This document shows positions 37,277-47,105 of a stretch of 57,938 nucleotides of DNA, one piece after another (positions within the stretch are counted from its first letter, which is position 1; every line of letters starts with the position of its first letter). The stretch spans positions 1-57,938 of the forward strand of contig CAVQUB010000028.1 of NCBI GenBank assembly GCA_963716725.1. Direction: 5' to 3'. The notes beneath the pieces were generated by a model, which worked only from the letters and a program-made list of their open reading frames with translations, searched no databases and was not told where the DNA came from. This DNA comes from an uncultured delta proteobacterium. GTDB lineage: Bacteria > Myxococcota_A > Polyangia > Polyangiales > Polyangiaceae. The position numbers were made by a program, and so were the translations under genes.

Positions 37277-39570
37277 AGGACGACGATCGGGACTCGAAGC
37301 CCGGCAGCGAGCGCGAGCCCGAGGCCAAGGCGCCCGCGGCCGAGAGTCCGGCCCAAGAGGTACAAACCGCTGGCCCGGAGCTCCCGGGTCGCCCGGCGCC
37401 CCTGTGGGTGGTGCCCGCGTACGTGCTGGGCCTGGTGCTGGTGTACCTCGGCGAGCGCGTGCTCGAGCCGATGCCGACGGCTCGGTATCTGGTCACGGCC
37501 GTCGGGCTCGGGGCCGTGAGCGGAGCCACGGTCGTGCGCTTCCTGCCCCGGTTCCGCGTGGGAGGGGAGCGCCAAGACATCGAGAAGTTGCTCGGAGTCT
37601 TGAGCGTGTTCGGCGTCGCGGCCCTCGCGACGTACTTCCTCACCAGCGATTTTGGCTGGGAGAAGAGCGGGCTCATCGCTCTCGAGCCGGAGACCGGACA
37701 GCGACTGCGGGGGGTGCTCACCATCGTCTGGGTGGTGCTCGTGCTGGTGGCGACGTTGCCCATGCTCTTCGCCGAGGCGGCGCTGCTGCCCATGCGTCAC
37801 GCCGAGCGGCCCGAGGCCAGGCGCGTGCGCGCGGCGGCCGTGAGCGGCCTCACGCTGGTGGTGGCTGCGACCTACGGAGCGCTCTTCGTGTACTCCGCCG
37901 ACAAAGTCGCGGTCCGAGTGGACTACTCCTACTTCAAGACCTCCCGCGCCAGCGATTCGACTCGAAAGATCGCCGACAGCTTGAGCGAGCCCCTGGAGGT
38001 CGTGGCGTTCTTCCCGCAGGTGAGCGAGGTCAAGACCGAGGTCGAAAATTACCTCACCGAGCTCGGCCGCGGCGTGCCCAACTTGAAGATCGAGATCCAG
38101 GATCGCCTCCTGGTTCCCAAGCGCGCCAAGGAGCTGAAGGCCACCCAAGACGGGGTGATCGTGCTCGCCAAAGGCAGCGTGACCGAGAGCTTGACCATCG
38201 GAGTCGACGAGAAGAACGCCCGGGCCAAGCTCAAGACCCTGGACCGGGACTTCCAGGAGAAGCTCCTGAAGATCGTCCGAGCGCGCCGCGTCGCTTACTT
38301 GACCGTCGGCCACGGGGAGCTGAACGATCCGTCTCAGGACGACGGCAGCCAGCGTTCGGTGAAGATCGCGCGCACGATCTTGCAGAAGCAGAACTACTTG
38401 GTGAAGGACTTGGGCCTGTCCCAAGGCCTGGGCAGTGAGGTCCCAGATGACGCGGACGTCGTCTTCGTGCTCGGACCGACGGAGCCCTTCGCTCGCGAAG
38501 AGCTGGCCTCGCTCGAGCGCTTCGGCGCCCGGGGTGGGCGCCTCTTCATCGCGCTCGATCCCGACGCGGTGAGCTGGGCAGAGGCCGGCTCCGGCGCCGC
38601 TGACGGCGGAGAGGCCGAGCCCGCTCCGCCGGGGTCGTCAACGACGCCCGCGCCCTCGGCTGCGCCGAGCGTGGCTGCGGCCAAACCCGCGCCCTCTGGC
38701 GTGGCTCCCAAGCCCGCGCCCTCTGGCGTGGCTCCCAAGCCCGCGCCCTCGGCGGCGCCCCACGGCTCGGCGGCGCCCCACGGCTCGGCGGCGCCCCACG
38801 GCTCGGCGGCGCCCGCCATGCCGGAGGCACCCAAGCCCATCTTGTCGGCGGGAGCGAGCGGGCTTTCGGCCCTCGGTCGCATCGTGGGCGTCGAGTTTTC
38901 GCCCGTGGTGCTCGCGAACGACAAGCAGCACGTGCGACGGCGCTACAACGACTCCGACCGCACCCTGCTGGTGACCAACCGATTCTCTTCGCACGCCTCG
39001 GTCTCGACCCTGAGTCGGAACTCGGCGCGGGCTGCCGTGGGCGTGTTCGGCTCCGGTAGCCTCGAGCGCGCGGCCGGCGCCACCGAGAAGATCGACTTTG
39101 CGCTCAAGAGCGTGGCGGGCACCTTCGCCGATGCCAACAAGAACTATCGCGCCGACGCCGACGAGAAACCCGGCGCCTACAACCTGGCCGCCGCGGTCAC
39201 GCGCCCGCGCAGCGCGGAGCCGCTGAAGAAGAAGGTCGAGCCCGAGCCGAAGGCTGACGCCAAGAAGGACGCGAAATCGGATCCCGACGAGATGCGGGCC
39301 TTCGTGCTGGCCGATGCCGACGCCGTCACCGACGTGGTGCTGGCCAACGTCGTGGCCAATCAGGTGCTCTTCGCCGATGCGGTCCGTTGGCTCGGAGGTG
39401 AAGAGAGCTTCGCCGGCGAGGTCAACACGGAAGAAGACGTCCGCATCGAACACACCAAGCAGAAGGATCTGGTCTGGTTTTACGCCACCATCTTCGGCGC
39501 ACCGGCGCTGGTGCTCGGGGCCGGCCTGCTGCTGTCACGGCGCGGTAAGAAGAAGGCAGGTGCGGCATGA
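37267..39570 (+). CDS. GldG-like ABC transporter auxiliary component
   Basis: N-terminal TMs, AYLTVGHGE, VPDDADVV..GP, GGRLFIALDP, N..F.DAVRWL, C-terminal TM. Confidence 0.75.
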   Translation: MALKDDDRDSKPGSEREPEAKAPAAESPAQEVQTAGPELPGRPAPLWVVPAYVLGLVLVYLGERVLEPMPTARYLVTAVGLGAVSGATVVRFLPRFRVGGERQDIEKLLGVLSVFGVAALATYFLTSDFGWEKSGLIALEPETGQRLRGVLTIVWVVLVLVATLPMLFAEAALLPMRHAERPEARRVRAAAVSGLTLVVAATYGALFVYSADKVAVRVDYSYFKTSRASDSTRKIADSLSEPLEVVAFFPQVSEVKTEVENYLTELGRGVPNLKIEIQDRLLVPKRAKELKATQDGVIVLAKGSVTESLTIGVDEKNARAKLKTLDRDFQEKLLKIVRARRVAYLTVGHGELNDPSQDDGSQRSVKIARTILQKQNYLVKDLGLSQGLGSEVPDDADVVFVLGPTEPFAREELASLERFGARGGRLFIALDPDAVSWAEAGSGAADGGEAEPAPPGSSTTPAPSAAPSVAAAKPAPSGVAPKPAPSGVAPKPAPSAAPHGSAAPHGSAAPHGSAAPAMPEAPKPILSAGASGLSALGRIVGVEFSPVVLANDKQHVRRRYNDSDRTLLVTNRFSSHASVSTLSRNSARAAVGVFGSGSLERAAGATEKIDFALKSVAGTFADANKNYRADADEKPGAYNLAAAVTRPRSAEPLKKKVEPEPKADAKKDAKSDPDEMRAFVLADADAVTDVVLANVVANQVLFADAVRWLGGEESFAGEVNTEEDVRIEHTKQKDLVWFYATIFGAPALVLGAGLLLSRRGKKKAGAA
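38686..38814 (+). repeat. In-frame 27-bp (PAPSGVAPK x2) and 18-bp (SAAPHG x3) tandem repeats inside the GldG-like gene
   Basis: Read directly from the sequence. Confidence 0.85.
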
Positions 39571-40616
39571 TTTCGTGGCGTGCCTTATCCGGTCACCTGG
39601 TGGCGCTGGGAGTGGCGTCGGCCGTGGCGCTCGTGGTCTGGACGCGGAAGGATCCGGCGGCCAACACCCAGAAGGGCAACGTCGAAGTCTGGGGCGGCTC
39701 CGCCGACAGCGTCGAGCGGATCGTGTTCGAAGCCGAAAATCGCTCGGTCCGCCTCGAACGTCGCAAGGACAGCCAGGGCCTCTGGTACGTGGGCAGCGTC
39801 GACAAGTCCGTTGAGGTCCGGCCGGCGAAGCCCCCGGGCGACGCGGGGTCCGCCGACGCGGCCCCGGCGGACGACGCCGGCCTACCGCTGGAGAAGAAGC
39901 GCGAGAGCAGCACCTTCGTCAGCGTCGAGCAGGGCAAGAAGCTGGCGGAGAGCGTGGCGCCGCTGATGGCGGTGCGTCGCCTGGGCAAGATCGAAGAGGC
40001 CCGTGCCGAGGAGTTTGGGTTCAACAAGCCCGAGGGCACCCTGAAGGTCACGCTGGGCGGGCGAGAGCGCACGCTCGTGTTCGGCGGCACCACCCCGGGT
40101 GGCGGCGATCGCTACGTCAGGGACGACAGTGGCGAGGCGTTTGCGATCAGCGGCAGCGTCGCGCAGAGCGTGCTCTTTGCCGAGTCGCGCCTGATCGAGC
40201 GCAACCTGCATGGCTACGAGGCGGACGAGCTCGCGGGCGCCAAGATAGAGCGCGGCACGCTGTCTCGGGAACTCACTCGCATCGAGGATAAGAAAGACGG
40301 TTGGGCAGACTCTGCCTCGCCGACGACCTTGGATGAGACCGCGGGCAATTGGATGGCCAAGGTCGATCGCTTGCGCATCCTGAACTTCGTGGAAAATCCG
40401 GGAGAACTCGGCCCCGACGCCCGCGTGGTCAAGATCGAGCTCAGCGGCAAGGGCGGGCGCAAGCTCGGGTTCCTCGAGCTCTACAAAGCTGCCGGCGAGG
40501 GCGGCAAGCCCAAGTTCCTGGTCAAGACCGAGCACACCCGCTGGTACGCCGAGGTGATCGCGAGCGCCGCTGAGCAGGTGGAGCAGGACCTCGGCTCGGT
40601 GGTCAAGGCTCCCTGA
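39567..40616 (+). CDS. DUF4340-like domain protein
   Basis: N-terminal TM, EFGFNKP, LVFGGTTPGG..RYV; usual fourth gene of GldAFG-type operons; ATGA overlap. Confidence 0.7.
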   Translation: MISWRALSGHLVALGVASAVALVVWTRKDPAANTQKGNVEVWGGSADSVERIVFEAENRSVRLERRKDSQGLWYVGSVDKSVEVRPAKPPGDAGSADAAPADDAGLPLEKKRESSTFVSVEQGKKLAESVAPLMAVRRLGKIEEARAEEFGFNKPEGTLKVTLGGRERTLVFGGTTPGGGDRYVRDDSGEAFAISGSVAQSVLFAESRLIERNLHGYEADELAGAKIERGTLSRELTRIEDKKDGWADSASPTTLDETAGNWMAKVDRLRILNFVENPGELGPDARVVKIELSGKGGRKLGFLELYKAAGEGGKPKFLVKTEHTRWYAEVIASAAEQVEQDLGSVVKAP

Positions 40617-40621
40617 GGCGA

Positions 40622-42547
40622 TCAGCGCTGCAGCCGCCGCCGCACCAGGTCGGCCAAGGCCAGAATGGAGAACGGCTTCGGGAGGAAGTCGTCCCCCTCC
40701 CGCAGGGGGAACTCGCGGCCCGCGGCGTCCGCGCTGTAGCCGCTGGTGTAGATGATCTCGAGGTCGGGCTTCTGTTCGAGAAACCGCTGCGCCAGCTCCG
40801 CGCCGGTCATGCCGTCGGGCAACACCAAATCGGTCAACAGCAGCTGGATGTCAGCGCCGTGCTCCTCGAACACCGCCACGGCGGCGGGGCCGCTTCCGGC
40901 TTCGAGCACGTCGAAGCCGGCCTGGGTCAGCGTCCGGCGGATCACGGCTCGAAGCGCGAACTCGTCTTCGACCACCAATACTCGCTCCCCACGGCCTGGG
41001 AGCGGAGCGATGGGCGGAGGTCGCGCCGTGGACGGCCCAGTTGCGTTCGCGAGGGGCAGAATGACGCGGAACTCCGCGCCCGAGCCGGGTTCGCTGCTGA
41101 CATCGACGAAGCCTTCGTGCTGTTGCGCAATGCCCAAGACGGTGGGTAGCCCCAGTCCCGTGCCGCGCCCGACGTCTTTGGTCGTGAAGAAGGGCTCGAA
41201 GATCCTCGGCAAGACATCCGACGGGATGCCGGTGCCGCTGTCCCCGACACTCACGCAGGCGTAGACGCCGGGCGTCGCCCCGGAGAACGGCCCAGCGCGG
41301 GCATCATCGAGGTCGACCAGCGAAGTCCGGATGCGAAGCGCGCCGCCGTTCGGCATCGCGTCCCGAGAGTTCACCGCCAGGTTGACCAGGATCTGAACCA
41401 ACATGCCCTCGTCGGCGTGGACCGGCAGCGGCTCTGGGGTCGTGCCCACCTCGATCCGGATGTCTTCGCCGACGATCCGCTCGAGCATTCGCACGGTGTT
41501 GGCCACCACCTCGTTCAGGTCGAGGCCGCGTCGATGCAAGGTCTGACGTCGGCTGAACGCGAGCAGCTGTCGGGTGAGGCCGGCGGCTCGCTCGGCCGCG
41601 TCCTTGATTTCTTGCAGCAGCTCCTGCGCCAGCCCCGGGGGTGCATCCTCCTGCAAGGTGGCGGTGTCTCCGAGGATCACCGTGAGCAGGTTGTTGAAGT
41701 CGTGGGCCACACCGCCCGACAGGCGGCCGATGGCCTCCATCTTCTGGGCCTGCTGCAGCTGGGCCGCGAGCTGCAAACGCTCACTGATGTCGATGGCCAT
41801 GCCGAGCACGCAGGGGGACTCGTCCACCACCAGGCGGACGCCGGAGATGAGGTGGGGAAGCATCGCGCCGGACCGACTCAGGATCGAGACCTCGACTTGA
41901 TCGCGCCCGTGCTCGAGGGCTCTTGCGATGCTCGCAGCGACGCGCGCGTGGTCCGCGGGCGCGATGAAGTCCACGGGACTCATGGCCGAGATCTCGTCGT
42001 CGCCGTAGCCGCTCACCGCTTCGAAGGCGGCGTTCCAGCGCATGAATCGGCCGTCGTGCCGCAACAAGAACACCGGGCCGGGCAGGCTCTCGAACAGCGT
42101 GTCGGACAAGGCCCGCTCGGCGGCCAATACCGCGGCGCCCCGCCTCTTTTCCCTGACGTCTCGCACGAAGGCGGCGACCCGCGCGGCAGGGGGCCGACCC
42201 ACGGTGAACAGCCTGACGTGCAGGTCCACCAAGGAGCCGTCTTTGCGCAGGTGCTGCGTCTCGAACTCCGCGGTGCGGCGCCGCACGAACTCCTCGAGGC
42301 GAGCGGCGACCTCCCGCGGCGAACGCGCGCCTTCGCGGTCGCGGATGTTGGTCCCTACGAGCTCGCCGTCGGAGTGCCCGACCATGCGCTGATAGCTCTC
42401 GTTGGTCTCGAGGATGGTGCCCGCGAGATCCGCCAAGATGTAGCCGTCGGCCATCGCGCTCAGCACCAGGCGGTTCCACTCGGTGGGCGAGACCAAGTCG
42501 GCGTTGCGCTCGGGCTCGTTCGCGTCGGAGTCGCGCGTCACGGGCAC
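40622..42547 (-). CDS. Hybrid sensor histidine kinase (2 PAS, HisKA, HATPase, REC)
   Basis: QKMEAIGRLSGGVAHDFNNLL, NLAVNSRDAM, FEPFFTTK..GTGLGL, VVEDE, TDLVLP, KPF. Confidence 0.92.
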   Translation of the reverse strand: MPVTRDSDANEPERNADLVSPTEWNRLVLSAMADGYILADLAGTILETNESYQRMVGHSDGELVGTNIRDREGARSPREVAARLEEFVRRRTAEFETQHLRKDGSLVDLHVRLFTVGRPPAARVAAFVRDVREKRRGAAVLAAERALSDTLFESLPGPVFLLRHDGRFMRWNAAFEAVSGYGDDEISAMSPVDFIAPADHARVAASIARALEHGRDQVEVSILSRSGAMLPHLISGVRLVVDESPCVLGMAIDISERLQLAAQLQQAQKMEAIGRLSGGVAHDFNNLLTVILGDTATLQEDAPPGLAQELLQEIKDAAERAAGLTRQLLAFSRRQTLHRRGLDLNEVVANTVRMLERIVGEDIRIEVGTTPEPLPVHADEGMLVQILVNLAVNSRDAMPNGGALRIRTSLVDLDDARAGPFSGATPGVYACVSVGDSGTGIPSDVLPRIFEPFFTTKDVGRGTGLGLPTVLGIAQQHEGFVDVSSEPGSGAEFRVILPLANATGPSTARPPPIAPLPGRGERVLVVEDEFALRAVIRRTLTQAGFDVLEAGSGPAAVAVFEEHGADIQLLLTDLVLPDGMTGAELAQRFLEQKPDLEIIYTSGYSADAAGREFPLREGDDFLPKPFSILALADLVRRRLQR

Positions 42548-42698
42548 ACCGCCGGTCGGCCGTTGCTGAGGCGACGCTTCGGTGAGGGCGAGGACAGTGG
42601 GCGCACGGGCGATGCTCGTTCCGGACGCCTGCGCGCCGATTGTCGGGCCGAGATTGTACCGTCAGTGGTTTCTTCGCGCGAGGGCTTCATTGGCAGGC

Positions 42699-43157
42699 TC
42701 ACCAGCGATGAAAGGCCGGGTGCCCCTCCTTGACCGCGACAAACACGCCCCGACAGGTCGCGGTGGTCTTGCCGCCGGCCTCGAGGCTGGCCTCGACCAC
42801 CACCTTGTCGCCCTCGACGCTGGTGGGTTTGGCGCGGAGCTTGAGCGGAGACAGCGGCGTGGGCGCGCGGAGCTTGACGTGGAACTCGGCGGTGACGGTG
42901 CAGGGTGGCGCGGCGAGAGACTGCGCTTGCATCAGCGCGTGGGCGGCTGCCCAGTTGCTGTGACAGTCGAGGAGCGCTCCGGCGATGCCGCCGTTGAGCA
43001 CGCCGCCGAAGGCTTGATGGTGATCTTCCGGAAGGAACTCGGCGGTGAGCTCGTCGCCCTCGACGTGGCTCTTGATCCGCAGCCCCCGCTCGTTGGCTGG
43101 CCCGCAGCCGAAGCAGCGGTTGTTGGGGGCGTAGCGGTCCTGGAGGCTCTCGGACAT
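42699..43157 (-). CDS. PaaI-family (hotdog fold) thioesterase
   Basis: CFGCGPAN.RGL, GVLNGG...LLDCH, VTAEF.VKL..PTP. Confidence 0.85.
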   Translation of the reverse strand: MSESLQDRYAPNNRCFGCGPANERGLRIKSHVEGDELTAEFLPEDHHQAFGGVLNGGIAGALLDCHSNWAAAHALMQAQSLAAPPCTVTAEFHVKLRAPTPLSPLKLRAKPTSVEGDKVVVEASLEAGGKTTATCRGVFVAVKEGHPAFHRW

Positions 43158-43171
43158 GCGCCGAGGCTACC

Positions 43172-45110
43172 TCAGGGCCGACGCATGCCGAGGAGAGTTT
43201 CGACTCGATCGAGCAGCGCCCGGGCCCGGCGGGCGTCGTGGGACGCGGCGGCGCCATCGCCGGCGAGCAGGCGCACGAGCTCCAGGGCCTCGCGTCGCTT
43301 TGGGTCGACGATTCGATGCAGTTCCCGAGCGTGAAGGGGACGCTTTGGATCGGGGCGCAGCCCGAGGGCGCGCAGCGCGGCGTCGGTGCGCTGCCGGATG
43401 GTCGAATCGGCCTTCGGTACGCCATCGGCGTGGCAGCCTCGGGAGCAGCGCTGCTGGTCGATCCCGAAGGAGTGGTTCTTGCCCCGAGCCGTCGCGCTGG
43501 CGGGACGCCCCGCGTGACAGCCGACGCAGCCCTTGGGCACCAGGGCGTGGGCGCCGATTGCGTCGTGATCGAAGAGCAGGGTGGCGGCCGAAGCGTCCGG
43601 CCCCGCGTGGCACTCGACGCAGACGCGGCTGGGCAGCGCGGTTTCGGGCAGCTTCCACCCCCCGGGCGCGGGCAGCGAGCGCAGCAGGGCGCGCCCGATG
43701 TGATCGCCGTGCGGCGCGTGGCAGGCCGCGCAGCCAATACCCAGTTCGAGATCCGGGCTCGTCGGGCCGGCGTCCTTGCGCACGCCGATCCGGCCCAAGA
43801 ACCCCGCCGTGGTGTGGCAGCCGCGGCATGGCGCGGTGAGGCGCGCCGCCGGATCGCGATCAGCCCGGGCCATGCGGGTGCTCAGCCAGGCCTCCACATG
43901 GCCATAGCGCGGAGGCGCGTCGTGGCAGGTCGCGCACAGATCCGTGCGCAGGACCGCCCAGCGCGCGGCCGGCTCCGGGATCGCACCCGGACCGTGGCAC
44001 GCGGTGCAGGTCACGCCGGCGAGCCGTCGCAAGGGGCGGGGCAGATCGCGATACGCGTCGGGTCGGATCTCGAAGTGCCCGCTGAGGCCGAGCTCGTCGC
44101 TGATTTGGGAGAATCCTCCATCGGGAAGACCGGGCTCTCCCGCGGTGTGGCAGGGCAGGGCGCAGGCGACTTCGTAGCGTGGCAGCTGTCCGCTGATGCC
44201 GCGCTCGAAGACCCGCGTCATGCGCGAGGTCTTCACCTTCTCGGTGGCCTTGGCGTGGCAGTCGCTGCGGCCGCAGTCGAGCAGCGTCTCGGAGTGAGTG
44301 CCCACGACCAACGCGAGGTCGCGGCCGTCTCCGTCGACGAGTACCCAACGCCCGCGGGCGTCGGGTTGGAACGACGTGTGCGGGCCCTTCGTCATGATCT
44401 CGGCCTTGCCGTCCTTTGCGCGCTCCTTGACGCGCCATTGGGTGCCGCCCAAAAGCACACGCTGCGAGAGCGCTAGGCTGGGCAAACCCGACGAACGCGC
44501 CGCCGCCGAGACTCGGATCTTCAGCGAGTGCGCGCCGGAGGTCGCTGTCAGCTCGATCTGGCCGCGGGTCCGAGGGGAGAGCGGCACGATGCCCCAAGGC
44601 AGGGGCGCGTTGAACGGCGGTGTTCGTCCGCGAACGACCAGGCCGCCCTGCTCGGTGGAGAGCTCGACGGGCGCGCCCCCGGTCTGCTTCCACTCCACCT
44701 TCGAGGTCAACGCCTCACGGCAGCCGGGCGTCAGCGTCACGACGAAGGGCGCATCGAAGCCAATCTGCGTGAGATCCCCGCCCGCCGCGCTGAGCCAGGG
44801 CTTGACCGTCGCGCGCGTGATGGATCCGGGCTGCGCTCCCGCCACGGCAACCTCGAGGGCACAGGCGCCGGGCGTGTGCACGGTGATGGACGCCGAACCC
44901 GGTCGGACTTCGAGGTCCAGTTGGTCGGCGGCCGTGGTCATGCCGAGCAGCGCCGTCGTGGGCTCGACTCGACTCTGTCCGAGCGAAACCCCGGAGCCGA
45001 CCTCGGCGCGCACGATGACCCGGGCGCCAGTGATCTCTGGATTCGCTGTTCGAGCTGCCGGCTGCGCACGCCGTGAGCATCAGCAGCGCGGCGGTCGAGA
45101 GGCGTCTCAC
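43172..45110 (-). CDS. Multiheme c-type cytochrome lipoprotein; frameshift just after the lipobox (about 45040-45065)
   Basis: Six CxxCH (CTACH, CATCH, CRGCH, CAACH, CVECH, CVGCH) plus CGRSDCH, CALPCH and CSRGCH; signal VRRLSTAALLMLTAC starts at GTG 45110 in another frame. Confidence 0.8.
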
Positions 45111-45856
45111 CCAGTCTCCCGACAGCTGCCGTGGGCGCACTTCGCCGCGCCTCCGCAGTCCTTGTCCACCCAGCAGCTCGGTTTCGGTTCGAGCGGCAAG
45201 CAGCGTTCGAGCACGCACACGCTGCCGAAGGGACAGCCATCGCCGCAGGCGCGACCGAGCGGTCCCGGGCCGCCGCGAGTGCAGCTGCGTCGCGCGGCGT
45301 GAGACTCGTGGTGGAACCTGCAGCTCCAGGGCTCGCCGGCGGGACGGTCTGGCGCGAAATCGACGCAGATGCGCTCGCTCGGCGCACCGGCCCGGCCGCC
45401 GCAGTGCCAGCCAGGATCGACCGGGCCGGCAACGACGCCCGCGGCTTCGGACCAACCCCGACACACGACGACGCCATCGAGATCCGCGCATTCCCACTCG
45501 CCGTCGTCCGGCATGCGCGGGTGACGCTGAGTGCAGAAGTCGGCCTTGCAGCTGAATGGCTCCGAGGCAAAGCGTCGATCTTCGCAGCGCTGTTCGGACC
45601 CGCTGCCCGCGCAGCGCAGGCCACGATCGCCGCCCGAGGCCAGGGCGGCTCGGTCGACCCGACGAACCTCCGAGGCTCCGGGCCCGAGCCAGCACGCGCG
45701 TTGGTCCGCGACGTCAGCACAGGCGCGGCCGACGTCAGCCCCCGCCGGGATGGATCGCGAGCGCACGCCCAGCTCGAAGCGGGGCCGGGTCTCATCGGCG
45801 CGCGAGCAGCCCAGGGCCAGCGCGCCCAGCAGCAAGCCGCGACCGACTCCGATCAC
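45107..45856 (-). CDS. Cys-rich lipoprotein of unknown function
   Basis: Lipobox ALGC, many Cys, PRMPDDGEWEC; GTGA overlaps on both sides. Confidence 0.65.
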   Translation of the reverse strand: MIGVGRGLLLGALALGCSRADETRPRFELGVRSRSIPAGADVGRACADVADQRACWLGPGASEVRRVDRAALASGGDRGLRCAGSGSEQRCEDRRFASEPFSCKADFCTQRHPRMPDDGEWECADLDGVVVCRGWSEAAGVVAGPVDPGWHCGGRAGAPSERICVDFAPDRPAGEPWSCRFHHESHAARRSCTRGGPGPLGRACGDGCPFGSVCVLERCLPLEPKPSCWVDKDCGGAAKCAHGSCRETG

Positions 45857-46989
45857 TGGCAAGTGACGATGGTGCTGCAGTTCCCGATGGACTTGTCGTC
45901 CTTGGGGTAGTTCTGGCAGCACTGGTTTGCCTTCACGCAACAGTCGGCGCTGTAGAGCGAACCGGTGCATCCGGGCGGGGGCGTTTGCGTCTCGATGCAC
46001 GCGCCCCACTTGCCGTTGCTGCCGCACTTTTGCTTGCCCCAATGGCAGTACTGCGGGTCGTCGCACCAGCGCTCGCTGCCGGGAGTGCACTTCTGACAGT
46101 CGAGATCAGCGCAGTCAGTGCTTTTGTCGCAGTCTTCGTCCTTGCCGTCACTGCAGGCGGTCTCGGTGGGCGTGCAGCCGCAGTCGCCGGGACGCTTGCA
46201 GTCCGGATCATCGCAGTCGACTTTGCCGTCGCAGTCGTTGTCGACCTTGTCGCCACACAGCGCCTCGACGAAGAAGGGGAACTGCGGGGTGCAGTTGGGG
46301 ACTTGCTTGCAGCCCGTGGCGTTCACGCAGTCCGCGTCTTTGCAGTCGACCTGACCGTCGCAGTCGTTGTCCTGGCCGTCGTCGCACTTCTCGGGGCTGC
46401 AGGTGCAAATGGCGGCGCACTCGGGATCAGCGCAGTCGACCAGGCCATCACACTCGTCGTCCGTGCCGCTCCAGCAGTCCTCGTAGGTCGCCGTGGGCAC
46501 GCAGGGCCCACCGGAGTCGCCGTCGCAGTCTTCGTCCACGGCGTTGCCGGCGATCTCGGGTGAGGGCAGGACCTCGCCCACGCACTGGCCCCAGGCGAAG
46601 AACTCACCGTAGCTCTGGCAGGCCTGCTTGCCGTCCTTGCATGCGCCCTTGTTGCGACGTTCGGCGGGTCCGCTCCAGCAGTCCTGCAGCGCGTCCTTGG
46701 AGCAGGCGCAGCCCTCGTCCACGAGCCCGTTGCCGTCGTTGTCCTGACCGTCGCCGCAGGTGTCTTGGCTCGTGCCCGCGTCCCCGCTCGCTCCGCCGCC
46801 GCCCGCGGCGCCGCCGCTGCCCGCAGCGCCACCCAGATTGACGCCTCCCGTGCCGGAGTTGCCGCCGACTGCTCCCGAGCCGCCGGCGTTGCCGGCGCCG
46901 CCGCCGCCACCCTCGTTGCTGGTGGCGGAGCACGCCACGCCCGTAGCAATCAGAACCGCGAGCCCGAACCGCAAGCGCGTCGCCGCCAT
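45853..46989 (-). CDS. Cys/Asp-rich repeat lipoprotein (putative metal-binding, MopE-type repeats)
   Basis: Lipobox GVAC, Gly linker, repeated C.DG.DNDCDG.VDC.D.DC units. Confidence 0.75.
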   Translation of the reverse strand: MAATRLRFGLAVLIATGVACSATSNEGGGGGAGNAGGSGAVGGNSGTGGVNLGGAAGSGGAAGGGGASGDAGTSQDTCGDGQDNDGNGLVDEGCACSKDALQDCWSGPAERRNKGACKDGKQACQSYGEFFAWGQCVGEVLPSPEIAGNAVDEDCDGDSGGPCVPTATYEDCWSGTDDECDGLVDCADPECAAICTCSPEKCDDGQDNDCDGQVDCKDADCVNATGCKQVPNCTPQFPFFVEALCGDKVDNDCDGKVDCDDPDCKRPGDCGCTPTETACSDGKDEDCDKSTDCADLDCQKCTPGSERWCDDPQYCHWGKQKCGSNGKWGACIETQTPPPGCTGSLYSADCCVKANQCCQNYPKDDKSIGNCSTIVTCQ

Positions 46990-47105
46990 GGTCCGAAGAG
47001 AGTCGCACTTGCTGGCGGGGCGGGCAAGTCGCCCTCTGCGGGTGGCCCTGATCCGGCGGGGAGCTGATCGCGCTCTGCCCGCGCGTCGCCTCGGGACCGT
47101 CGCTT

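Noticed and set aside
25779..38814. Tandem repeats as a possible CRISPR array
   Set aside because: All are 9-27 bp, contiguous without spacers, in frame inside low-complexity linkers; no cas genes in the window.
35528..40616. Calling the operon gliding-motility machinery
   Set aside because: GldAFG-like ABC systems are widespread; the sequence supports the family but not a motility role.
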